From the sequence record NC_026927.1: a DNA stretch of 64,000 nt; one strand, 5' to 3'. Position numbers and translations under genes: made by a program. The stretch's first letter is position 1, and the number at the start of each line of letters is the position of its first letter. Positions 55,236 to 64,000 of this stretch are shown in pieces. Under the pieces are notes generated by a model, which saw only the letters and a program-made list of their open reading frames with translations, had not been told where the DNA came from and did no database searches.

Positions 55236-55258
55236 AGGAGGGCAACCCTCCTTTTTTT
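55236..55258 (+). terminator. intrinsic terminator closing the pilin unit
   Basis: AGGAGGG-CAA-CCCTCCT then T-run. Confidence 0.8.
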
Positions 55259-55291
55259 GTGCTATAATTATAAGTGAGTTGTGAGATTTCT

Positions 55292-55573
55292 ATGGACGAA
55301 AGAATAAGAACTTTATATGTCTTTCAGTCGGATGATCGTCTTATAACTCATGACGGGCATGTCCAACTAGGTTGTCATAACATGACCATGGAAAAGTTTA
55401 TGTCTTTCGATAGGGAGAATATCCGATACATCGAAACCTACTGGTTGCCTGATGTATTTGGAAATAGGTATAAGCGTTCTAACTTCCAAGCACACCAAAG
55501 GGTATCTGGGGAGAAGGGTGTATTAGAACTATCTAATAACCAACCAGGAAACAGACTTGATAGGTCTGTATAA
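55292..55573 (+). CDS. hypothetical protein
   Basis: MDERIRTLY...; start moved to ATG 55292. Confidence 0.6.
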   Translation: MDERIRTLYVFQSDDRLITHDGHVQLGCHNMTMEKFMSFDRENIRYIETYWLPDVFGNRYKRSNFQAHQRVSGEKGVLELSNNQPGNRLDRSV

Positions 55574-55601
55574 GGCACCTATATACACAAAAAGGATTCC
55601 T

Positions 55602-55811
55602 ATGGGACCTATAATTGTATTTGCTTGTTTTCTACCTATAGTTGCTATATTCATTGTAATAAAACTAGCTGTTTGGGTAGAAGCTGTTAACTCCGAAACA
55701 AACTATGTCAGAGAAGAACCTTCAAGACAACGAGGACCTTGGGTGGAAAACCCATATGAAGATATTGATGTTGAGGAAGAGGAGTATGGAGATCGCACAG
55801 ACTATCGATGA
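55602..55811 (+). CDS. small membrane protein
   Basis: AAGGA SD; N-terminal TM segment, acidic C-terminus. Confidence 0.65.
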   Translation: MGPIIVFACFLPIVAIFIVIKLAVWVEAVNSETNYVREEPSRQRGPWVENPYEDIDVEEEEYGDRTDYR

Positions 55812-55938
55812 AGCGATTAACGACTATTATTCGCTTCATGGACTCCCTGTTCCCGATTGGAAACTGAAAAAGAATCCAGACTGGTGGATTGAATACTTAC
55901 TTTCTCTTGGATTAACTGATAACAATGAACCCCTTTAA
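55786..55938 (+). CDS. small hypothetical protein
   Basis: GAGGAG SD; MEIAQTIDEAINDYY...PDWW. Confidence 0.65.
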   Translation: MEIAQTIDEAINDYYSLHGLPVPDWKLKKNPDWWIEYLLSLGLTDNNEPL

Positions 55939-56095
55939 GATACTCGGACCTTTCCTGAACCTATTGGTGGTGTATAGTCTATGGTATTCTGACTTATACA
56001 GTAGGAATCGATACTACGCATATGGTATTGTACTACTACACATTCTCGTACTGGCATCAATTCCAACCATACCCGCAATTCTATATTGGTATTAA
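55925..56095 (+). CDS. small membrane protein (56 aa)
   Basis: own translation with two hydrophobic segments; fills the gap before talC. Confidence 0.45.
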   Translation: MNPFKILGPFLNLLVVYSLWYSDLYSRNRYYAYGIVLLHILVLASIPTIPAILYWY

Positions 56096-56097
56096 TT

Positions 56098-56748
56098 ATG
56101 AAGATCTTTTTAGACACCGCTGACCTGAATGAAATCAAAGAGGCATCATCCACTGGTTTGATTGATGGGGTGACTACCAACCCAACACTCATTCTAAGAA
56201 GTGGAAACACTCTGTACTCCACTGCAAAACTATTACAACTAGAATACCCCACATTTGAGAGTATCTCCACTGAGGTGGTTGCAGATACCGCAGAGGAGAT
56301 GGTAGAACAGGCACGTCAGTACCTTGATATTGGACCTGCAATCACTGTTAAGGTTCCTTGTACTGTAGAGGGTCTTAAGGCGTGTAGAACACTCTCAGAG
56401 GAGGGTGTGAAGACCAATGTGACCCTTGTGTTCTCTGTATCCCAGGCTATCCTGGCAGCTAAGTCAGGAGCCACCTACGTGTCTCCCTTTGTTGGTAGGG
56501 TGAATGATAACTCCTTCAGTGGAGTTGCACTTATCCAAGCTATCTCAGAGACCTTCTCCCTACACAGGGTGAAGACAGAGGTATTGGCAGCTTCAGTTCG
56601 TGAAGCAAACCAAGTAGGACGTTGTTTTGCAGCTGGTGCTGACATTTGTACCATCCCAACCAAAGTATTCTGGAAGATGTACGAGCACATTCTCACAGAG
56701 AAAGGTTTAGAACTCTTCCAAAAGGACTGGGAGAACTCAGTACGATAA
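56098..56748 (+). CDS. talC: transaldolase (TalC/FsaA type)
   Basis: IFLDTAD, GVTTNPTLI, VKVP, NVTLVFS, YVSPFVGR, LAASVR; start moved to ATG 56098. Confidence 0.96.
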   Translation: MKIFLDTADLNEIKEASSTGLIDGVTTNPTLILRSGNTLYSTAKLLQLEYPTFESISTEVVADTAEEMVEQARQYLDIGPAITVKVPCTVEGLKACRTLSEEGVKTNVTLVFSVSQAILAAKSGATYVSPFVGRVNDNSFSGVALIQAISETFSLHRVKTEVLAASVREANQVGRCFAAGADICTIPTKVFWKMYEHILTEKGLELFQKDWENSVR

Positions 56749-56811
56749 AGTGTGAATATTCACACTTTAAGTATTATATAAATATTAAAGAATACATATT
56801 TCTTTGCATAA

Positions 56812-57018
56812 ATGAAACGTCCAGCCTTTTATTTGGTTGCGAGTGTTGTTATTGTTCAGATGTTAATGGCGGCGGGGGTATTATTTGGTTGTTTTGCACG
56901 ACCGGATCCCCGTTGTACCGGAGATAAAGCATCTGATTTACTGAATAATATTATTGTACAAACTTTCGCACTCTATGCGGCTGAGAAAGTTTCCCATAAA
57001 GATGATAAACAAGTATAG
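56812..57018 (+). CDS. small membrane protein
   Basis: TATAAATA at 56777-56784 upstream; TM segment plus C..C. Confidence 0.6.
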   Translation: MKRPAFYLVASVVIVQMLMAAGVLFGCFARPDPRCTGDKASDLLNNIIVQTFALYAAEKVSHKDDKQV

Positions 57019-57057
57019 TGTGGTAGAATAGGGGAGAACACCTCCACCTATTTTTTT

Positions 57058-57546
57058 ATGCCTATCAATAAAGAGTATTATGATAAATGGTATGGGATAT
57101 GGAGTTCCCAATCAGAAGATGTATTGGAAGTTACTGCCTTAGTTAGAGCTATTGAATGTACTAATGGGTGTATTCAGTGGGCGTTTAGGGACGATGATGA
57201 CAGGTCACTACCCATTGAGAAGACCAGAGAGGCTATGAAACTCTCCATGGGTGTGATGAAGAATAAGGTTTTACCATTCCCTGATGGTGGGAAGTTTGTT
57301 ATCCCAGAGGATGTAGTTCCCCTCATGGATAAGTCCAGAGATATTTACATTAGAGGATTCAAACAAGGTGATGAGGATGCCTACCAAGAGTTTATGGCAC
57401 TATCCAAGTCACACTTTGTTGTAATGGGTAGAGAGAGGATGGATAGAAACTTCCAGAAGGTGAAGGATCATTTCATAGATGTGTTTAGTGACTACTGGAT
57501 TGAGATGGGTAGGGGATATGTTTATGCCCTTGGGGAGTATGTATAA
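57058..57546 (+). CDS. hypothetical protein
   Basis: 162 aa; extended -10 (TGTGGTAGAAT) upstream. Confidence 0.7.
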   Translation: MPINKEYYDKWYGIWSSQSEDVLEVTALVRAIECTNGCIQWAFRDDDDRSLPIEKTREAMKLSMGVMKNKVLPFPDGGKFVIPEDVVPLMDKSRDIYIRGFKQGDEDAYQEFMALSKSHFVVMGRERMDRNFQKVKDHFIDVFSDYWIEMGRGYVYALGEYV

Positions 57547-57570
57547 ATATCTGGTATCGCTTCTCCTCCA

Positions 57571-57762
57571 ATGGACGAAAATAGTGCATCACGTATTTTA
57601 GATTCAGCAGGAAAAGGTGGGCATGTTAATCCTACCGCCCTGGCTGTTACCATACGTGCCGCAGTGAAGGAATGTCTAGACCATAATGGTATGGTTAGTA
57701 TGTCATCCCTCTACGAACTCAGTTGTCAGTTGGAAAAGAAGGGAAAAGAGTGGTATGATTAG
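57571..57762 (+). CDS. hypothetical protein
   Basis: 63 aa; TATAAATA at 57542-57549. Confidence 0.55.
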   Translation: MDENSASRILDSAGKGGHVNPTALAVTIRAAVKECLDHNGMVSMSSLYELSCQLEKKGKEWYD

Positions 57763-57782
57763 TAAACTTATTTGGTGATGTC

Positions 57783-57983
57783 ATGAGTGAAAAACTTTGG
57801 GTGAAGATGGCGGAAGTATTCTACAATAAGGATGCCGAGACCGCAGAGCGAATGGGAGTTGAGAACTTCTTCAATAAAGCAGCATCTAGAATGATTGCAG
57901 TTGTTGCTGAGAGTATTGATGGGGAGGAGAGACTATACCTAGAAGAGCAATCCAAAATAGCAGAGGCTGAACAACGAGTATGA
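57783..57983 (+). CDS. hypothetical protein
   Basis: 66 aa, ATGA overlap with the next ORF. Confidence 0.6.
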   Translation: MSEKLWVKMAEVFYNKDAETAERMGVENFFNKAASRMIAVVAESIDGEERLYLEEQSKIAEAEQRV

Positions 57984-58207
57984 ACACTTACTATGTGATA
58001 GTATACACACTAGTATTCTTTGTTGGTGTGTGTATTATTGAACCCAACCTACTCAAGTGGATAGAACTCCAGTTTAAGTGGGCAGGTATAAACGTTAGAA
58101 GAGCTATACTTATAGTTCAATTTCATCCACGTAACTTTGTTACCAACTGGATAATTCGTAGGAAGTTTCAGAAGATTATCAGAGAACATAGTCAACCTAA
58201 AGAGTAG
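57980..58207 (+). CDS. small membrane protein
   Basis: N-terminal TM segment. Confidence 0.65.
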   Translation: MNTYYVIVYTLVFFVGVCIIEPNLLKWIELQFKWAGINVRRAILIVQFHPRNFVTNWIIRRKFQKIIREHSQPKE

Positions 58208-58216
58208 GAGTTAGTT

Positions 58217-58393
58217 GTGATTGAGACTTTGGCATTTGTTTTCCTTTCATGCCAAGATGCACGTCAGGTTGCAGATCGTGCAATGAATACTGAGAGTATT
58301 ACCAAAGAAGTAGCCATAGAAGTTATTATTGAACTTGATATAGCTTCTGGCGGCAAATGTAACTTACCTGGAATAACTGATGGGCATGTTTGA
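58217..58393 (+). CDS. small hypothetical protein (58 aa)
   Basis: AGGAG SD, GTG start; own translation MIETLAFVFLSCQDA... Confidence 0.5.
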   Translation: MIETLAFVFLSCQDARQVADRAMNTESITKEVAIEVIIELDIASGGKCNLPGITDGHV

Positions 58394-58769
58394 TACTATA
58401 AGATGCTCCTATGATATTGGAGAACTAACTGATGTAGAATGTCAGTCTAAGAATATAGATGATTGGGGAGGCACTATGTCTTTCTATTGGGTAGATCCTA
58501 ATGGGAGGTTGTGGTCTCCCAGTTATGCTGGAACCTATGACTTTGTTCCTGAAGAGGGACCCTTCCCTGAGCTCGGAAAGGGGAAGCTTAGTCATGTACA
58601 ATATTTGGGTACTACACCTAATGGAACTCATGGGAAGTATCAGTTCGTATCTATGACAAGATGTATAGAGATATATGATACAAAAACACATGCAGATGGG
58701 TATGTAGAGTTTGTGACATGTTATTTGTCATTCTACCAAGGACTACTGAGAGATTACTTTTATAAATAA
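58380..58769 (+). CDS. hypothetical protein
   Basis: MGMFDTIRCSY...QSK...YWVDP.GRL. Confidence 0.7.
   Translation: MGMFDTIRCSYDIGELTDVECQSKNIDDWGGTMSFYWVDPNGRLWSPSYAGTYDFVPEEGPFPELGKGKLSHVQYLGTTPNGTHGKYQFVSMTRCIEIYDTKTHADGYVEFVTCYLSFYQGLLRDYFYK
58761..58768 (+). promoter_or_regulatory. T4-type late promoter
   Basis: TATAAATA upstream of ORF 58795. Confidence 0.7.
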
Positions 58770-58794
58770 GTCCATATAGAGTTGTTTTTAACCA

Positions 58795-60291
58795 ATGGAT
58801 CTCCAATCATATATCCAACTTAAAGAGGCGTACACCAACGTCCACTCCCCAAAGGTAGAAGTCACTAGAGAAGAAGTTGATGCTTTCATTGATGCTCTAC
58901 TGGAAGAAGGATACGATCTAAGTGAGTTCACTTGGGAGGAAGTCCGTGATGCTTACCTAGAAGAGGGTGTTGCTAATAATCCTCGTTGGGGAGTTATTGG
59001 TCAAGGTGCAAGACTTCTTCAGAAAGGTTTTGGTAACAAACAACAGGGAGATGCTGCTAGGGATTATGAGACATCTGTAAATAATATTAATAGTCGTAGA
59101 AATCAAAATTCTAGTACATCAACCGCAACTGCTAACGAGATTGCAGCAGAAACCAAAGGTAGGAAAGCTCAGACAGGTGGTGGATCTAGTTCTAGTGGAT
59201 CTAGTTCTAGTGGATCTGGTGGATCAAGTCTCTCTGATTCTGTTGCTAGAAAACAGAAAGAGGCTGATGCCAAACGCGCAAGACAAAGGGAGACTGGTGG
59301 AACTGGAGCCACCGACAATAAGCCCGCTGGTGGTTCTGGTGGATCCGGTGGTTCCGGTGGATCCGGTGGTTCTGGTGGATCCGGTGGTTCTGGTGGATCC
59401 GGTGGCGGCAGTAATAGACCAGTAGCAAAGGCTAAGCCAGTACAGACAGCACAACAGAAGGCAGACTCTTCTACTAACGCACAGTATGACAAGTTGAGGA
59501 AGTCTGATCCAGCTGCCGCTAAGAAGTTTGGTATGGCTGCATCACAGAAGAAGTTTGGTAATCAACTAAAGCCAAAGACTCCAAATCCATTGATGAGGGG
59601 TATGAATACTGCTTCTACTAAGCCAGCAACTACTCCTAAGCCAGCAACTACTCCTAAGCCAACAACTCCAGTATCAGACTCATCTCCTGTTAGGGCAATG
59701 AGTAAGACTACCCCCACACCAGCTGCCTCCAAGCCAAAGGCAACACCTATCAAGTCAAGTCGCCTAAACAAGGCACTATCCAGTGTTGGTGAAGCAGTGG
59801 AATTTGATTCCTTTGATATCATCCTAGAATACCTAGTTGATTCTGGTTTCCCACAACAGGAAGCTCTCGTCATCATGGCGGAAATGCCTGAAGAGAAACG
59901 CGAAGAGATTCTCGAAGCTATGAAGCATCGTGACGCCAAGACTGGTGAAGTCACAGACAAGCCTGAAATTGGCAAGACATACTACCCCCATGGTGAGCGT
60001 CAGAAGTCTTCTGTAGCTCTTCGCAAAGAGAAGGAGAGGGCAGATGCTAAAAAGAAATCAGTGAAGGAGGATAGAGCTTCCCTCGCAGATGCCTATCGGG
60101 CAGTTTATTCTGAGGAAGCTTCCGATACTAAAAAGGATAAGCACCTAGAGCGTGGTGGTCACTCTGCTAAGACTGACTATAGTAAGCCACCCAAAACAGG
60201 TAACACCTTCGGTAAGAAGCCATCTATGAGTGAGGAAGATCGTAGTGAGGCTATGGCTAAGATTGTGGCTAGAATGAAAGGTAAGAAATAA
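58795..60291 (+). CDS. low-complexity late protein, probable virion internal protein
   Basis: 498 aa; LKEAY, LLEEGYDLSE..W, YLEEG, ILEAM motifs; G/S and K/P/T repeats. Confidence 0.65.
   Translation: MDLQSYIQLKEAYTNVHSPKVEVTREEVDAFIDALLEEGYDLSEFTWEEVRDAYLEEGVANNPRWGVIGQGARLLQKGFGNKQQGDAARDYETSVNNINSRRNQNSSTSTATANEIAAETKGRKAQTGGGSSSSGSSSSGSGGSSLSDSVARKQKEADAKRARQRETGGTGATDNKPAGGSGGSGGSGGSGGSGGSGGSGGSGGGSNRPVAKAKPVQTAQQKADSSTNAQYDKLRKSDPAAAKKFGMAASQKKFGNQLKPKTPNPLMRGMNTASTKPATTPKPATTPKPTTPVSDSSPVRAMSKTTPTPAASKPKATPIKSSRLNKALSSVGEAVEFDSFDIILEYLVDSGFPQQEALVIMAEMPEEKREEILEAMKHRDAKTGEVTDKPEIGKTYYPHGERQKSSVALRKEKERADAKKKSVKEDRASLADAYRAVYSEEASDTKKDKHLERGGHSAKTDYSKPPKTGNTFGKKPSMSEEDRSEAMAKIVARMKGKK
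59329..59409 (+). repeat. in-frame 9-nt tandem repeat encoding (GGS)n
   Basis: GGTGGTTCT/GGTGGATCC units repeated about eight times. Confidence 0.9.
59620..59670 (+). repeat. in-frame 18-nt tandem repeat encoding KPATTP
   Basis: AAGCCAGCAACTACTCCT twice plus a degenerate third copy. Confidence 0.9.
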
Positions 60292-60369
60292 TAGTGTTAT
60301 AATAACCCCATAGGTCCATTCCCATGGGGTTTTTTGTTATGAATACATAAAACTAAATGGACTTACTCC

Positions 60370-60744
60370 ATGAATACATATGGTTCTCCTGAAGGCTATC
60401 TCTTTAACCTTCATACCTGCTCAGCATCAGAAGCGAAGCGAATGTGGAAAGAATCTATAAAGAATGATTGGAAACATAAATGTGCTTATTGTGGATCGGA
60501 ACATGAAATTACTTTAGATCATATAGTACCCAAAGCGAAAGGGGGTACTAGTCATACAACCAATGTCGTAGCTTGTTGTCGTTCTTGTAACGGGAGTAAG
60601 GCATATGAGGATTGGATTATCTGGTATATTCAACAGCCATTCTTCACTGAAGAGAGGAGGGAGGCTATTGAAAAGTGGATGGAGAAGGGTCTCCTCAACA
60701 ATAACTTAGTTGCATATCCACCCAGAAGAAATGTCGTTTATTGA
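60370..60744 (+). CDS. HNH endonuclease
   Basis: CAYCG...TLDHIVPKAKGG...NVVACCRSCNGSK. Confidence 0.92.
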   Translation: MNTYGSPEGYLFNLHTCSASEAKRMWKESIKNDWKHKCAYCGSEHEITLDHIVPKAKGGTSHTTNVVACCRSCNGSKAYEDWIIWYIQQPFFTEERREAIEKWMEKGLLNNNLVAYPPRRNVVY

Positions 60745-60750
60745 GTCTTT

Positions 60751-60879
60751 ATGGATTCCTATCACCCGTCTAGGGCAGATCAAGAACTAGAACTAGAACA
60801 GCAAGAACTAAAAACAATCATAGGAGGATCTATACTATCCTTCTTCACTGTACTTATACCTTTTATTATACTTCTCTAA
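60751..60879 (+). CDS. small membrane protein (42 aa)
   Basis: own translation MDSYHPSRADQELELE...ILSFFTVLIPFIILL. Confidence 0.45.
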   Translation: MDSYHPSRADQELELEQQELKTIIGGSILSFFTVLIPFIILL

Positions 60880-60898
60880 AACCTTTCAGTTCAGGCGA

Positions 60899-60906
60899 TA
60901 TAAATA
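60899..60906 (+). promoter_or_regulatory. T4-type late promoter
   Basis: TATAAATA upstream of the giant ORF. Confidence 0.7.
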
Positions 60907-60960
60907 AACCTAAGAAGAGTATATGCGTTCTTCGTCGGATAGCCTGAATCGACAAAAGAG

Positions 60961-63900
60961 ATGATCTCAACAGCGACTAAGATTAAATTTAAAAGGTCTG
61001 GTGTAGCCGGACGTAGACCCTCCTTAGCTGATCTTCAGTTAGGTGAATTGGGGATCAATTATAACGATGGTAAACTATTTTTCCGACAGGAAAATGAAGT
61101 AGTTGGCTCTCGTATCATTGAACCTGGACAGGGTGATGTAATCGGTAAGACTATTTTCGTATCCACAAAGGGTAACGATAACAATAGTGGTCTTAACGAA
61201 AGGGATGCCAAGAGAACTGTTAAAGCGGCCGCCGCAGTAGCAGAACCTGGTGACTCCATCAAACTGTATCCAGGTCAGTACATCGAAGATAACCCTATCG
61301 TATTTAAGGATAGGGTATCTGTAGAGGGTATGGAGCTTCGTAACGTTCTCGTTACTCCAGCCAACCCCAGTAAAGACTTGTACCAAGTTGGTGAGGCGTT
61401 CCACGCTACCAACCATTCCTTTGTGTCCAATAGGGATTCAACAGATGGTGCCTCTATTATCACCTATCGTCCTCTAGAGGGAACTGCGTCTGACAGGTAT
61501 TTTGACGCGGCTAGACTCATCAGGGACAATCTTAGCTTCATTGCTAACGAGACAGTAGGTTTCCTAACCAGTGGATATTCAGGCTTTGCCGCTGGTCAGA
61601 GATCACAGGACGCTGCTCGTGCTCTAGAACTAAACAAGAACTTCATAGTAGAAGAAGCATTTCAATATATCAACTCTCCTGATTATACAGGAGCCACATA
61701 CTTCAACCCAGACCCAGCACAGTGTAAGAGAGACCTAGGAAATATCATTGATGGTTGGAGATATGATCTCATCTCTGATGGTAACACCAGATCTACTGGT
61801 CTTGGTCTAACCTACTACGCACCTATTCCCTTTGTGAATAGTGCTAATGTTGCTGACCTTGTATACAACAGAAATAACGGTGATGTTCTAATTGAAACCG
61901 ACGTAGATACACAGGTTTCAGTTGGTGAGAAGATCAAACTACAGGATATCAGACTAGAGTGTGGTTCCTACAACAACGATTTCCTCATCACTGGTTTCAA
62001 GTATGATAACACCAGTGGTATTGGAACAGTTAATCTACCCTTTATCCATAACGTCAAGGTTGGAGACCTTGTTAAGTTTGATGGTTTAGAGTTTGATTGT
62101 CCTGCCTATGGTGCCATTGAATATGGTATCCAAGACTTCAAGTATAATGAAACTACTGGTGGAAGTGTTGTCACACTCACCGAAGATCATGATCTAAAGA
62201 TTGGTGACACCATTGAACTAAGAGACCTTCAGTTCGATTGTCCCGCCTATGGTGGTGACTTCACTAACATCATCAACCTAGAATACAATAAGACCAGTGG
62301 TCAGGGTGTTATCACATATGACAAACCCGCCGATCTCAAGTCTGGTGACGTTGTTATCCTCTATGACCTCACACTAACTTGTGATGCTTATGGTAACGCT
62401 ATCTCAGTTACTGATTTCTCTTATGATAACTTCACTGGTATCACTGAAGTAGAAGTAAATAGACCCCACAACCTCCGTCCCGGAGACCTAATCAAACTAG
62501 AGAACCTTAAGTTCTCTTGTGATTCCTACCTTAATGAAACATACAAGGTCTCTAACTTTGTATATAATGAGAGCACTGGTGATAGTGTCCTCACCCTAAC
62601 TGAACCACATAGTTTAGTTGCTGGTAAGAACGTCAGACTTGCTGACCTAGTTTTCTCCTGTAACTCCTATGTTCCAACCGCTAAAGCAATCTCTGATTTC
62701 CAGTATGATGAAGTAGTTGGTATCTCTACTATTACTCTAGCATCTCCACACAACTTATCAGTTGGTGAGCAGTTCAGACTAGAGGATTTAGTATTCTCCT
62801 GTAACTCATATTCCTTCACTGATATTCCTATCATTGATGCACCATATGATAATGTAACTGGTTATGTAACCCTATCGTTCTCTGGTGACCACGGACAACA
62901 GGTTGGTGAGAGAGTAAGACTCAGAGATATTGAGTACTCCTGCCCTGGTGGTTCAGGTATCACTACAACCTTGTTCCCCGATGGAACCTTTGGTTATGAG
63001 TTTGAAATCCTAAGTGTTCCAAACACTAAGAAGATGATTCTTAATGTTGGCACCTCCACTATTGAACACTCCTATGTGAGTGGTGGTACTGCTACCGTTG
63101 GTATTACAACTACTATCTTCCCTGATGGAACACAAGGTTTCGACTTCAATGTATCCAGTGTTAATAGTTCCACTGTTATCGAAGCAAGTGTTGGTATTTC
63201 TACCATCGCTCACAACTATGTTTCTGGTGGATCATTATTCGTTGGTTTCACTACCACAGTATTCCCCGATGGAACACAAGGTGATACCTTCAGAGTTAAT
63301 TCTATTCCTTCTAGCACTCAAATCAGTGTTAATGTTGGTGTATCTTCTATCGCCCATACTTTCGTATCCGGTGGTACAGCAACTGACCTAGACTCTTTCA
63401 TCCCTGTATCTGGTTTCACCTACAATGAAGGTGACGGAACTGGACTAGTATCCCTAGACAAGGCACACAACCTAGTGGTTGGTGACTCTTTTGTTCTAGA
63501 GGATCTTAAGTTCAACTGTAACTCCTACAGAACAGGTGGTACTTCTACTATTGATATCACTAACTTTGAGTATGATAAGGTAACCGGACTATCTACAGTC
63601 ACACTATCTTCTTCACACAACCTACATGTTAATGATACCGTAGCACTATATGATATCAAGTTCTCTTGTCCTGGTGGTTCAGGTATTACAACTAATATCT
63701 TCCCCGATGGAACCAGAGACAACTTCTATGATGTAGTTGCTGACCTAAACCCCAACCAGATTATTGTTCGTGTTGGTAAGTCTGACATTACTCACACATA
63801 CGCTAGTGGTGGTACTCTATCAGTTGGTATCACTACTAACATCTTTCCTGATGGAACCAGACCTTCTGGTGACTTCTTCCAGGTCATCTCTGTCCCTTCT

Positions 63901-64000
63901 ACCAAGTCTGTTCTAACTCAGGTTGGTCTATCCTCTATCGCCCACTCATACGCAAGTGGTGGTAAGTTCTACACTGGTATCACTACTAATGTATTCCCAC
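60961..64000 (+). CDS. giant repetitive structural or fibre protein (3'-partial, more than 1000 aa)
   Basis: absent from the ORF track because no stop falls in the window; own translation MISTATKIKFKRSGVAGRRPS..LQLGELGINYNDGKLF, VSTKGNDNNSG, repeated L.DL.F.C and GITT.IFPDGT units; frame spot-checked at both ends. Confidence 0.85.
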   Translation, partial: MISTATKIKFKRSGVAGRRPSLADLQLGELGINYNDGKLFFRQENEVVGSRIIEPGQGDVIGKTIFVSTKGNDNNSGLNERDAKRTVKAAAAVAEPGDSIKLYPGQYIEDNPIVFKDRVSVEGMELRNVLVTPANPSKDLYQVGEAFHATNHSFVSNRDSTDGASIITYRPLEGTASDRYFDAARLIRDNLSFIANETVGFLTSGYSGFAAGQRSQDAARALELNKNFIVEEAFQYINSPDYTGATYFNPDPAQCKRDLGNIIDGWRYDLISDGNTRSTGLGLTYYAPIPFVNSANVADLVYNRNNGDVLIETDVDTQVSVGEKIKLQDIRLECGSYNNDFLITGFKYDNTSGIGTVNLPFIHNVKVGDLVKFDGLEFDCPAYGAIEYGIQDFKYNETTGGSVVTLTEDHDLKIGDTIELRDLQFDCPAYGGDFTNIINLEYNKTSGQGVITYDKPADLKSGDVVILYDLTLTCDAYGNAISVTDFSYDNFTGITEVEVNRPHNLRPGDLIKLENLKFSCDSYLNETYKVSNFVYNESTGDSVLTLTEPHSLVAGKNVRLADLVFSCNSYVPTAKAISDFQYDEVVGISTITLASPHNLSVGEQFRLEDLVFSCNSYSFTDIPIIDAPYDNVTGYVTLSFSGDHGQQVGERVRLRDIEYSCPGGSGITTTLFPDGTFGYEFEILSVPNTKKMILNVGTSTIEHSYVSGGTATVGITTTIFPDGTQGFDFNVSSVNSSTVIEASVGISTIAHNYVSGGSLFVGFTTTVFPDGTQGDTFRVNSIPSSTQISVNVGVSSIAHTFVSGGTATDLDSFIPVSGFTYNEGDGTGLVSLDKAHNLVVGDSFVLEDLKFNCNSYRTGGTSTIDITNFEYDKVTGLSTVTLSSSHNLHVNDTVALYDIKFSCPGGSGITTNIFPDGTRDNFYDVVADLNPNQIIVRVGKSDITHTYASGGTLSVGITTNIFPDGTRPSGDFFQVISVPSTKSVLTQVGLSSIAHSYASGGKFYTGITTNVFP

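Noticed and set aside
59329-59409. CRISPR-like or noncoding repeat array
   Set aside because: The 9-nt units are contiguous, have no spacers and are in frame as a (GGS)n linker.
61059-63722. Short ORFs listed by the track in the last 3 kb
   Set aside because: All lie within the long plus-strand ORF starting at 60961.
1-64000. Stop-codon reassignment or alternative genetic code
   Set aside because: Conserved genes translate full length under the standard code, TAA, TAG and TGA all end genes, and neither tRNA is a suppressor.

Overview
This window is a ~64 kb, almost entirely plus-strand segment of a T4-like marine cyanomyovirus (Synechococcus/Prochlorococcus-type phage). It carries T4 core replication genes (a split gp43, uvsX, gp41, gp61, nrdA/nrdB), typical cyanophage auxiliary genes (hsp20, mazG, psbA, psbD, two hli, petF, talC, cpeT-like, peptide deformylase, several 2OG-Fe(II) oxygenases), two tRNAs with flanking structured RNAs, lysis enzymes, and fibre/structural genes. 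Five things stand out. (1) An ~10 kb glycan cluster in which gmd, an Fcl/ColC-type reductase and a His-for-Lys ColD-type dehydratase sit beside GT11 and GT6 transferases, two sulfotransferases and a methyltransferase; this suggests a phage GDP-colitose pathway and a blood-group-like modified glycan. (2) A two-gene type IV pilin cassette. (3) A split DNA polymerase whose C-terminal half has no ATG/GTG/TTG upstream of motif B and appears to start at ATC. (4) A nuclease/methyltransferase island containing proteins with T4 capsid-targeting-like N-termini, followed by a sigma70-type sigma factor. (5) Several promoter-hairpin-terminator units that look like small RNAs or attenuators. All family assignments come from motif recognition by eye; no database search, folding or composition calculation was run.
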